A stretch of 32,000 nucleotides of DNA, taken from contig JAFWYK010000004.1 in assembly GCA_017517685.1 (NCBI GenBank), positions 108,979 through 140,978 of the forward strand, given 5' to 3'. The notes beneath the pieces are model-generated. The model was not told the DNA's origin. It did not search any database and worked only from the letters and a program-made list of their open reading frames with translations. This DNA comes from Clostridia bacterium. Lineage in GTDB: Bacteria > Bacillota > Clostridia > TANB77 > CAG-508. A program made the translations under genes and the position numbers. Positions 15,950 to 24,377 of the stretch are shown piece after piece; within the stretch, counting starts at the first letter, position 1; every line of letters starts with the position of its first letter.

Positions 15950-18391
15950 ATGGATAGGCAAGATGAAAAAATAATCGAAAGAAATATTGAGACAGAGATG
16001 AAAACTGCTTATATTGACTATGCAATGAGCGTTATAGTTTCTCGTGCTTTACCAGATGTTAGAGACGGTTTAAAACCAGTACATAGAAGAATTCTTTATT
16101 CTATGCACGAAGATGGAATAACATCAGATAAACCATATAGAAAATGTGCTAACACAGTTGGATCTGTTTTAGGAAGATACCATCCACATGGTGACTCTTC
16201 AGTATATGATGCAATGGTTAGACTTGCTCAAGATTTCTCAATGAGATACATGTTAATTGATGGTCATGGTAACTTCGGATCTATAGATGGTGACGGAGCT
16301 GCTGCGATGAGGTATACAGAAGCTAGAATGGCTAAAATAGCTGAGCAAATGCTTGTAGATATCGAAAAAAATACAGTAGATTTCATGCCAAACTATGACG
16401 ATAGATTACAAGAACCAACAGTTCTTCCAGCAAAAATACCAGCATTATTAATTAATGGTTCTTCAGGTATTGCGGTTGGTATGGCAACAAATATACCACC
16501 ACATAACTTAAGAGAAATTATTGATGGTGCAATAATGGTCATCGATAAAGATGATGTAACAAACGAAGAACTTATGGAAGTTGTAAAAGGACCAGATTTC
16601 CCAACAGGAGCTATGATCCTTGGTAAAGAAGGTATTAAAGAAGCTTATACAACAGGTAGAGGAAAGATAACAGTAAGAGCAGAAACAGAGATTGAAGAGA
16701 TGTCTGGAAATAGACAAAGAATTATTGTTTCATCACTTCCATATCAAGTAAATAAAGCTAATTTAATTATAAAAATTGATGAACTTGTTAAAGACAAGAA
16801 AATAGAAGGTATTTCTGAAGTAAGAGATGAATCTGATAGAAATGAAAGAGTAAGAATTGTTATCGAACTTAAGAGAGATGCAAGACCTCAAGTAATTTTA
16901 AATCAATTATTTAAACATACACAAATGCAAGATACATTTGGTGTAATTATGCTTGCTTTAGTAAATGGTGAACCAAAAATCTTAACATTAAAAGAATGTT
17001 TAGATGAATATGTTAAACATAGAAGAGAAGTTATTCTAAGAAGAACAAAATTCGACTTAGAAAAAGCAGAAGCTAGAGCACACATATTAGAAGGTTTATT
17101 AAAAGCTATTGATAATATTGATGAAGTAATTCAAATAATTCGTTCATCATATGATGATGCTAAAGAAAGATTGATGGAAAGATTTGATCTTTCAGATATT
17201 CAAGCTCAAGCAATCTTAGATATGCAATTAAAGAGACTATCAGGATTACAAAGAGAAAAACTAGAAGAAGAATATGCAGAACTTATGAAACTTATTGCAT
17301 ATTATAAAGAAATTTTAGCTAGTGAAACATTAGTTTTTGATATTATTAAAACAGAATTACTAGAAATTAGAGATAAATTCGGTGATGATAGATTAACAAA
17401 AATTGCAGCAGCTGAAGGTGAATTAGAAGATGAAGATCTAATTAAAGAAGAACAATGTGTAATTGCTTTAACACACTTTGGATACATTAAGAGAATGCCA
17501 GTGGATACATATAAGAGCCAAAGACGTGGTGGAAAAGGAATTACAGGAATTGCTACTAGAGAAGATGATTTTGTTAAAGAAATATTCTCAGCTTCTACAC
17601 ATGATACAATTTTATTCTTCAGTAATAAAGGTAAAATGTATAGATTAAGAGGATACGAGATACCAGAAGCTGGAAGAACAGCTAAAGGAACAGCAATCGT
17701 TAACTTATTAAATCTAGAAGGTGGAGAGAAAATTTCTGCTATTATACCAATTCAAAACTTTGCTGATGGTAAACATTTACTAATGGCAACAAAGAATGGT
17801 TTAATTAAGAAAACACCACTTGTAGAATATGATTCTAATAGAAAAACAGGATTAATGGGAATTACATTAAAAGAAGACGACGAATTAATCGATGTTAGAA
17901 TGACTGATGGTCAAGATAATGTTGTTCTTGTTACAAGAAAAGGTATGAGCATCACATTTGATGAAAAAGATGTTAGACCAGTAGGAAGAACTGCACAAGG
18001 TGTAATTGGTATGAGATTAGATGATGATGATTACATTATCGGTATGGAACCAATTATTGCTGGAAGTAAAGCAACATTACTTGCTATTACAGAAAATGGA
18101 TTTGGTAAGAGAACAGAACTAGAAGAATACAGAGTTCAAAACAGAGGTGGACGTGGAGTTATAACATATAAAATTACACCAAAAACTGGAGAAATCGTAG
18201 GAATCAGAGTTGTTTCTGGAACTGAAGATGTAATTTTAATTACAGATACAGGTACAATTATCAGATTAAATTCAAGTGAAATTAGTGTTCTTGGAAGATC
18301 AACACAAGGTGTTACTTTAATGAGAACAAATGATGGAAAAGTTGTAAGTATTGAAAAAATCGTTGAAGACGGTGAAGAATACACAATTTAA
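15950..18391 (+). CDS. gyrA: DNA gyrase subunit A
   Basis: 813 aa. It has the N-terminal YAMSVIVSRALPDVRDGLKPVHRR, the active-site region AAMRYTEARM and a QRDR-like segment HPHGDSSVYDAMVR. The C-terminus has beta-pinwheel repeats. Confidence 0.98.
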   Translation: MDRQDEKIIERNIETEMKTAYIDYAMSVIVSRALPDVRDGLKPVHRRILYSMHEDGITSDKPYRKCANTVGSVLGRYHPHGDSSVYDAMVRLAQDFSMRYMLIDGHGNFGSIDGDGAAAMRYTEARMAKIAEQMLVDIEKNTVDFMPNYDDRLQEPTVLPAKIPALLINGSSGIAVGMATNIPPHNLREIIDGAIMVIDKDDVTNEELMEVVKGPDFPTGAMILGKEGIKEAYTTGRGKITVRAETEIEEMSGNRQRIIVSSLPYQVNKANLIIKIDELVKDKKIEGISEVRDESDRNERVRIVIELKRDARPQVILNQLFKHTQMQDTFGVIMLALVNGEPKILTLKECLDEYVKHRREVILRRTKFDLEKAEARAHILEGLLKAIDNIDEVIQIIRSSYDDAKERLMERFDLSDIQAQAILDMQLKRLSGLQREKLEEEYAELMKLIAYYKEILASETLVFDIIKTELLEIRDKFGDDRLTKIAAAEGELEDEDLIKEEQCVIALTHFGYIKRMPVDTYKSQRRGGKGITGIATREDDFVKEIFSASTHDTILFFSNKGKMYRLRGYEIPEAGRTAKGTAIVNLLNLEGGEKISAIIPIQNFADGKHLLMATKNGLIKKTPLVEYDSNRKTGLMGITLKEDDELIDVRMTDGQDNVVLVTRKGMSITFDEKDVRPVGRTAQGVIGMRLDDDDYIIGMEPIIAGSKATLLAITENGFGKRTELEEYRVQNRGGRGVITYKITPKTGEIVGIRVVSGTEDVILITDTGTIIRLNSSEISVLGRSTQGVTLMRTNDGKVVSIEKIVEDGEEYTI

Positions 18392-18413
18392 TTTAAATTA
18401 AAGATTAATAAAT

Positions 18414-18460
18414 GATGCACTTATCTAAATATTTAAAGTATTTAATAAGTGCATTATTTG
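18414..18460 (+). terminator. Rho-independent terminator of gyrA
   Basis: ATGCACTTAT (18415-18424) pairs with ATAAGTGCAT (18445-18454) around an internally paired AT-rich loop, followed by TATTT. Confidence 0.65.
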
Positions 18461-18477
18461 TAAGTATGGAGAACATA

Positions 18478-19092
18478 ATGGATATATTAACAATGAAAAC
18501 CAAAGAAAAACTAGGTTGTAATCTATGTGATAGATGTTGCGAATATAGAGGTGATATTAAATTAACACCTGTAAATGTTTGTAGGATTAGTAAATATCTT
18601 AAACTTACAATAAAAGAGTTTCTAGATAGATATACAGAAAAACTAGAAAATGGGGTAGAAGTAGTAATAAAAGCTACTGGAGATAGAAAAGTTTGCGTAT
18701 TTTATAATGATAGAACTAAAAAATGTGAGATTAATGAAGTTAAACCTATGCAATGTATAATGTTTCCTTTGGTGCCTGAAAATTTAAAAAGGGATTATTT
18801 TTATAACTCAGGTGAGTGTAAATGTATTGAGTTAAAAGAAATTAAAGTATATGATTGGTTAAATTCTAATAATAAAGGTTATAATAAAAATAAAAAAGCA
18901 TCTATTGAATGGATTGAGTTTATAGAATGGGTCGATTTGAAACGAGAATGTCTTTTAAAAGAAGATTTAGATAATATATATAAAATTATGTTTGAAAGAT
19001 ATAATTTAAGAAATTTTAATTATTTAGCTCAAATGAGAAGAAATATGAAAGAAGCTAGAAAAATTATATTAAAAGATTGTATAAATAGTTAA
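18478..19092 (+). CDS. YkgJ/UPF0153-family Cys-cluster (putative Fe-S/Zn) protein
   Basis: CxxCxxCC motif (CNLCDRCC) and a later C...C pair (VCVFYNDRTKKCEINEVKPMQC) typical of the family. I chose the start at ATG 18478 (GGAGAA at 18468-18473). ATG 18466 is an alternative. The track's longer N-terminus overlaps the gyrA terminator. Confidence 0.7.
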   Translation: MDILTMKTKEKLGCNLCDRCCEYRGDIKLTPVNVCRISKYLKLTIKEFLDRYTEKLENGVEVVIKATGDRKVCVFYNDRTKKCEINEVKPMQCIMFPLVPENLKRDYFYNSGECKCIELKEIKVYDWLNSNNKGYNKNKKASIEWIEFIEWVDLKRECLLKEDLDNIYKIMFERYNLRNFNYLAQMRRNMKEARKIILKDCINS

Positions 19093-19101
19093 TAAAAAAG
19101 A

Positions 19102-19153
19102 GAAGTGGTAAGATAAAAGCAGTTATTTAAAGCTGTTTTTATTTTACCACTTC
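19102..19153. terminator. Bidirectional terminator between convergent genes
   Basis: The outer stem is GAAGTGGTAA (19102-19111) with TTACCACTTC (19144-19153). There is an inner AAAAGCAG/CTGTTTTT stem. A- and T-runs lie on both sides. Confidence 0.7.
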
Positions 19154-19175
19154 AATTATATAGATAGATTATTAT

Positions 19176-20198
19176 CTAACATTCCTTTTTAGCTTTTTTA
19201 AACCTTAAATCATCACCAAAGAAACGTAAGAATCTATAATTTCCAGCTAAACGAGAACCAATTCTTGTTGTATATGTTTTGAATAATTCATCAACATTTA
19301 AATTAGTTGATATAATTGTTTTTGTTATTTTATGATTTTGATTTAATAGTCTTGTATTGATAATTGTGAAAAGTTCAGTAATTTTAGTATCAGTGATTTT
19401 TTCTGTTCCAAGATCATCAATAATAAGTAAATCAACATTTAAGATGTTTTCATATAAATCAAATCTAGCATTTTCTCTACCAAATTTTGCATCATTAATT
19501 TCATCAAACATAACTGGAGCTGTTTGATATAAAACCGTTTTTCCAAGTTTTAATACTTCGTTTGCAATACAATTTGTAAGATAAGTTTTACCAACACCAG
19601 TTGTACCAGTAAAAATTAAATTTTTTTCTTCTGGATCATCAAAATTATCTATAAAATTTTTAACTTTTTCTTTGATAATATTCATGTTTTCTCTAGGAGA
19701 AATTTCTGATTTATATTTTTCAAAATCAGGTTTATCAGAGAAGATTCTAATATTGAAATTAGAAAAGTTTTCTCTTTCTAAGTTACCCATATTTGATTTA
19801 TTATAAGCAATATCAAATATTCTTTGTTTTAAACAAGAGCACATTTGAGTAGTGCCATCTTTTTGAATATATCCAGTATCTTTACACATTTTGCAGTCAA
19901 CATGTGGATTAAGATAGTTATTTTCTTTAGAAAGGTTTTTTAGAAAATCGTTTTTTTCTTTAATCAAACTATTTGTCTTCTTTTTTAGTTGTGTAAGAAG
20001 AGTAGATTGTTCTTTTTGATTAGAGTTTAGCATAGCTTTTGCTGTTTGAATAGAAAGAGAACTTATTTCATTTTCAATTTCTTGTAGTCTTGGATTAACT
20101 GCTAATAAATCTTTTTTTCTTTTTTCAGCTTCTTGAGCAGCTCTAGCACGTTTTTCTTCATATTCATGTAAAACTAATTTTAATAAAGAATTTTCCAT
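19176..20198 (-). CDS. DnaI/DnaC-type replicative helicase loader (AAA+ ATPase)
   Basis: 340 aa. It has Walker A GTTGVGKTYL and Walker B LLIIDDLGTE. An N-terminal Cys cluster (CKMCKDTGY...CSC) resembles the DnaI zinc-binding domain. It lies immediately downstream of a DnaD-domain gene. Confidence 0.85.
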   Translation of the reverse strand: MENSLLKLVLHEYEEKRARAAQEAEKRKKDLLAVNPRLQEIENEISSLSIQTAKAMLNSNQKEQSTLLTQLKKKTNSLIKEKNDFLKNLSKENNYLNPHVDCKMCKDTGYIQKDGTTQMCSCLKQRIFDIAYNKSNMGNLERENFSNFNIRIFSDKPDFEKYKSEISPRENMNIIKEKVKNFIDNFDDPEEKNLIFTGTTGVGKTYLTNCIANEVLKLGKTVLYQTAPVMFDEINDAKFGRENARFDLYENILNVDLLIIDDLGTEKITDTKITELFTIINTRLLNQNHKITKTIISTNLNVDELFKTYTTRIGSRLAGNYRFLRFFGDDLRFKKAKKEC

Positions 20199-20231
20199 GT
20201 TATTTGCTATATCCTTTCTAAAGAATTATTG

Positions 20232-21185
20232 TTAATTATCATATAGTGATTCTAAATTATCAAAAGTACTTTGTGTATATTCATAAGCAACTTTTTCTAT
20301 TTGTTTTGTTTTCTTTTCTTTGTCTTTAATTGAATTTAGATATGTTGTAACTTCTTGAGGTGAATTAAGTTCTTTTGCGTGCCAATCTGTAAGAAGTGTA
20401 TCAATATAATCAAATCTAACTTTATTTTTTGCTGAAGCGTTTTTTAAAGCTATTTCAATTATATCCATGCCATATCCATAATTTTCAGTCCATTTTACGA
20501 TATCTTCTTCTTCGTAAGTTGTAAGTTTTCTATATAAATTAAGTTTTTTTGCGATTTCGTTATTAATACCTGCACGTTTTTCTTGTTTTTCAAAATATGC
20601 ATCTAAATCATTAAATGTCTTGATGTTATTTTTGCTCCAAGCATCTGCTGTTGCTTGGACATAATTTCTATGCAAAGCTCTTTTATCATATGCATAATTA
20701 AATAATGCAAGCATAACTTGCTCATCAAAACCGTATTTGTTAAACCATAAATCGATATCATTATACCAAGATGGAGACATTACTCCTTGGAAAAATTGTG
20801 AATTAATATTTTCTATAGCTTTAGCTCTATACTGACTTTGAGCGTTTTTAATAGCATCTTCTGGCGAAGATGTTACTTTTGGTGAATATAATTTTGCAAC
20901 TTCCATTTCTTGAATATCGGCTAGGGTATAGCCATCAGTTTTTTTGACTAAAATACCTTTGTCTTCCCAATATTTAATAGCATCTTGAACTGTTGGAAAG
21001 TCTAAGGCTAGTGTTTTTGATAGATCATTGATTTTGATCTCTTTATTATATTTTGATAAAAAAAGCATGTAAAAATATACTTTCACATAATCACCTTTTG
21101 TTTCAGGTAAATATTCTGTGAAAAATATATCTGGAATATCTGTACTTGAAAATAATAGAGACTTCTCATTTTGAGATAATTTCAT
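20232..21185 (-). CDS. DnaD-domain replication initiation protein (Firmicute DnaB/DnaD-like)
   Basis: 317 aa with two DnaD-type C-terminal repeats (WFNKYGFDEQVMLALFNYA...YVQATADAWSKNNI and WTENYGYGMDIIEIAL...YIDTLLTDWHAKEL). It forms an operon with the helicase loader. Confidence 0.8.
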   Translation of the reverse strand: MKLSQNEKSLLFSSTDIPDIFFTEYLPETKGDYVKVYFYMLFLSKYNKEIKINDLSKTLALDFPTVQDAIKYWEDKGILVKKTDGYTLADIQEMEVAKLYSPKVTSSPEDAIKNAQSQYRAKAIENINSQFFQGVMSPSWYNDIDLWFNKYGFDEQVMLALFNYAYDKRALHRNYVQATADAWSKNNIKTFNDLDAYFEKQEKRAGINNEIAKKLNLYRKLTTYEEEDIVKWTENYGYGMDIIEIALKNASAKNKVRFDYIDTLLTDWHAKELNSPQEVTTYLNSIKDKEKKTKQIEKVAYEYTQSTFDNLESLYDN

Positions 21186-21239
21186 ATCAAAAACCCCTTT
21201 TTAAAATCTTAAATTTATCTTCTTTAGTACAGTGAAAAG

Positions 21240-21268
21240 ATTATATCATTATAAACTTTTAATTACAA
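21240..21268 (-). promoter_or_regulatory. Putative promoter of the DnaD-domain/helicase-loader operon
   Basis: The minus strand reads TTGTAA (21268-21263), a 17-nt spacer, then TATAAT (21245-21240). Confidence 0.45.
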
Positions 21269-21423
21269 GAATTAAACCTAATATTTTGTGTTACATTTTT
21301 AAGCAAAAATAAAACGTATAATCCTTTATATACATGTTATATCAAGTTTTTTGAGATATGTATATACTTTTTTATAAATTTATGTTAAAATATTTTTGAA
21401 AAACATTAAGGAGGAAATAAAAA

Positions 21424-21606
21424 ATGATAGATAAAAACATGAAAATTGGAGCTTTATTAGAAGCTAATCCAGAAAAAGCAGAAATACTTTTAGCAGCAGG
21501 AATGCATTGTTTAGGATGTCCAGCATCTCAAGCAGAAACATTAGAAGAAGCTTGTGCTGTTCATGGAATAGATGTAGAAGAATTACTTGCTGAATTAAAT
21601 AAATAA
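21424..21606 (+). CDS. DUF1858 domain protein (hybrid-cluster-protein-associated redox disulfide domain type)
   Basis: 60 aa with a family-typical sequence (IGALLEANPEKAEILLAAGMHCLGCPASQAETLEEACAVHGID). RBS AAGGAGGAA. Confidence 0.8.
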   Translation: MIDKNMKIGALLEANPEKAEILLAAGMHCLGCPASQAETLEEACAVHGIDVEELLAELNK

Positions 21607-21621
21607 TTATTAAAAATAGTA

Positions 21622-21653
21622 AAGTCTTGCCTTATCAGGCAAGACTTTTTTAT
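21622..21653 (+). terminator. Rho-independent terminator
   Basis: AAGTCTTGCC (21622-21631) pairs with GGCAAGACTT (21638-21647) across a 6-nt loop, and the 3' arm runs directly into a T-run (TTTTTT, 21646-21651). Confidence 0.85.
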
Positions 21654-21727
21654 GTTTAAAAATATTAAAAAATTTTAAATAAAAATTACTTTTAAAATAG
21701 ACTTTTACCCCAAAATAATATATAATC

Positions 21728-21756
21728 TTGACAGTGATTTTTTAAGATTATATAAT
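21728..21756 (+). promoter_or_regulatory. Consensus SigA-type promoter upstream of pcrA
   Basis: TTGACA (21728-21733), a 17-nt spacer, then TATAAT (21751-21756). Confidence 0.6.
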
Positions 21757-21811
21757 ACAAACATAAGTTTGCAACAGGCTTAAAAAATTAAACAATTTTA
21801 AGGAGAAACAA

Positions 21812-24145
21812 ATGAATTTACTAGAAGGATTAAATGATAAACAATATGAAGCTGTAGTTAATACTGAAGGACCATGCTTAATTATTGCAGGTGCAGGTTC
21901 AGGAAAAACTAAAGTTTTAACACATAAAATAGCTTATTTAATTGGAGAAAATAACGTAAAACCATGGGATATTCTAGCGTTTACATTTACTAATAAAGCT
22001 GCAAATGAAATGAAGTCTAGAGTAGAAGGTTTGATAGGAGATATGGCAAATGATATGTGGATGGGAACATTCCACTCAATTTGCGTTAGAATATTAAGAA
22101 AACAAATTGATAGAATTGGTTTTGATACATCATTTGTAATTTTTGATACATCAGATCAAAAAACATTAATTAAACAAATTGTTAAAAATCAAAACTTAGA
22201 TGATAAACTTTTTTCAGATAGATCAGTTTTATCTGAAATTAGTAATGCCAAAAATGATATGCTAGAACCAGCAGCATACGCTGTTAAAGTAAGAGGAGAT
22301 TATAGAAGAGAAAAAATAGCTGATATATATGATGCATATCAAAGAAAATTAAAAGAGAATAATGCTATAGATTTTGATGATATTATTAATTTTACAATTA
22401 AAATATTAATGGAAAATCCAGATTTATTAGAATATTATTCAAGTAAATTTAAATATGTATTGGTAGACGAGTATCAAGATACAAATAAAGCTCAATTTAC
22501 ACTTGTAACACTACTAGCATCTAAATATGGAAATATTACTGTTGTAGGTGATAATGACCAATCAATTTATAGCTTTAGAGGTGCTGATATAACAAACATC
22601 TTAAATTTTGAAAAGGACTTTCCAGGAACAAGAATTATTAAACTTGAACAAAATTATAGATGTACACAAAGTATATTAAATGCAGCAAACGAAGTTATAA
22701 AAAATAACGAAGCAAAATATGAGAAAAAATTATGGACAGAAAACGAAGTTGGTAATCTTCCAAAAGTATATAGAGGAGAAAATGAGTATGATGAAGCTAA
22801 CTATGTAGTTAGACAAATTAATACTTTAAAGATTGAAGAATATTATAAGAATTCTGATTTTACAATTCTTTATAGAATGAACTCACAATCACGTGCTCTA
22901 GAAGATATTTTAAGAAGAGAAAATATACCATATAAAATCGTTGGTGGTCTAAAGTTCTATGAAAGAAAAGAAATTAAAGATATTATTGCATATTTAAGAT
23001 TAATCCAAAATCCAAACGATAATTTAAGTTTAACAAGAATTATTAATGAACCAAAACGTGGTGTTGGTAAAACAAGTTTAGATAATATCGATGCATTATC
23101 TGCAAATAGTGGAGTATCAATGTATGAGATTATTAAAAATGCAGATAGTTATGGTTTAAATAGAGTATATGGAAATACTAGAGAATTTATTAATACTATT
23201 GAAGATTTAAGAGCTAAAAAAGATACTATGAAGATATCTGAGCTTATTAAAGCAACACTTACACAAACAGGATATTCAAAAGCATTAGAACTTGAAAATA
23301 CAATAGAAGCTGAAACAAGACTTGAGAACTTAGACGAGTTTTTAACAGTAGCAATCGAGTTTGAAGATGAATCTGCAGATAATTCACTTTCTGAATTCTT
23401 AGAAGGAATAACATTAAGTTCTGACTTAGATGGAATGGAAGAGACTGAAGATTCAGTTACATTAATGACATTACATAGTGCTAAAGGTCTTGAGTTCCCA
23501 GTTGTATTTTTAGTAGGTATGGAAGAAGGAATCTTCCCTGGATACAAATCAATTGGTGAACCACAAGAATTAGAAGAAGAAAGAAGAATTTGTTATGTTG
23601 GTATAACAAGAGCAAAACAAATGTTATATCTAACATGTGCTAAACAAAGAACTATATTTGGATCAACAAGCTGTAATGCTGTATCAAGATTTCTTAAAGA
23701 AATACCAGCATCTATGCTAGATGGAGCAGAAGAACTTGAAGAAAGAAGAAACAGATATCCAGATAAAGTTGCAGAAGATGAATATGGATATAATCCACAT
23801 GGAGGATATTCTTATGGTGGATACAGTTCTGGTTATGGGTCAGGATATGGTGAAAACTATTCATCATATAAAGATATTGTAGCAGCATCTTCAAGAGGAG
23901 CTGGAACAACATATCAATTTAGAAGTGCTGATAGCTTCTTGAATAGCTTAAATGTTAAGAAAGATGATTCTGTTGATTTAGGAGCTTATAAAGCTGGAGT
24001 AAGAGTATTCCATAAGAAATTTGGAGAAGGAACAATTAACTCTGTAGAAACAGAAGGAGAAGATTTAAAAGTAGATATTAGTTTTGATAAAGTTGGTCAT
24101 AAAAGACTTATGGCAAAATTTGCAGGACTAGAAGTAATTAAATAA
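21812..24145 (+). CDS. pcrA: ATP-dependent DNA helicase PcrA (UvrD family, SF1)
   Basis: 777 aa. It has helicase motifs AGAGSGKT, VDEYQDTN, GDNDQSIYSFRGA, LEQNYR, TLHSAKGLEF and VGITRAK. The C-terminal small domain is VFHKKFGEGTI.... RBS AAGGAGAAA. Confidence 0.95.
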   Translation: MNLLEGLNDKQYEAVVNTEGPCLIIAGAGSGKTKVLTHKIAYLIGENNVKPWDILAFTFTNKAANEMKSRVEGLIGDMANDMWMGTFHSICVRILRKQIDRIGFDTSFVIFDTSDQKTLIKQIVKNQNLDDKLFSDRSVLSEISNAKNDMLEPAAYAVKVRGDYRREKIADIYDAYQRKLKENNAIDFDDIINFTIKILMENPDLLEYYSSKFKYVLVDEYQDTNKAQFTLVTLLASKYGNITVVGDNDQSIYSFRGADITNILNFEKDFPGTRIIKLEQNYRCTQSILNAANEVIKNNEAKYEKKLWTENEVGNLPKVYRGENEYDEANYVVRQINTLKIEEYYKNSDFTILYRMNSQSRALEDILRRENIPYKIVGGLKFYERKEIKDIIAYLRLIQNPNDNLSLTRIINEPKRGVGKTSLDNIDALSANSGVSMYEIIKNADSYGLNRVYGNTREFINTIEDLRAKKDTMKISELIKATLTQTGYSKALELENTIEAETRLENLDEFLTVAIEFEDESADNSLSEFLEGITLSSDLDGMEETEDSVTLMTLHSAKGLEFPVVFLVGMEEGIFPGYKSIGEPQELEEERRICYVGITRAKQMLYLTCAKQRTIFGSTSCNAVSRFLKEIPASMLDGAEELEERRNRYPDKVAEDEYGYNPHGGYSYGGYSSGYGSGYGENYSSYKDIVAASSRGAGTTYQFRSADSFLNSLNVKKDDSVDLGAYKAGVRVFHKKFGEGTINSVETEGEDLKVDISFDKVGHKRLMAKFAGLEVIK

Positions 24146-24154
24146 CGTATTTTT

Positions 24155-24199
24155 AATCAGGAAATCTATGACGCTCATAGGTTTCCTGATTTATTTTTT
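24155..24199 (+). terminator. Rho-independent terminator of pcrA
   Basis: A 17-bp stem runs from AATCAGGAAATCTATGA (24155-24171) to TCATAGGTTTCCTGATT (24175-24191), with one T-G pair, followed by TATTTTTT. Confidence 0.85.
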
Positions 24200-24290
24200 G
24201 AATTATTTTTAATAAATAATAGTGTAAAAAGAGACGTTTTTTAGTGTTAATTTAATAAAAAATATTTAATAAAAAAATTTATTTTTTTAT

Positions 24291-24318
24291 TTTACAATTA
24301 AAAAAGTAATGATATAAT
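24291..24318 (+). promoter_or_regulatory. Putative promoter of the 605-aa ORF
   Basis: TTTACA (24291-24296), a 16-nt spacer, then TATAAT (24313-24318), preceded by a TGn extended -10 (24310-24312). Confidence 0.55.
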
Positions 24319-24377
24319 ATAATATGCATTAATAGTATCAAAAATAGGATAAAAATTGGCGAAAGGAGGGAAATATT

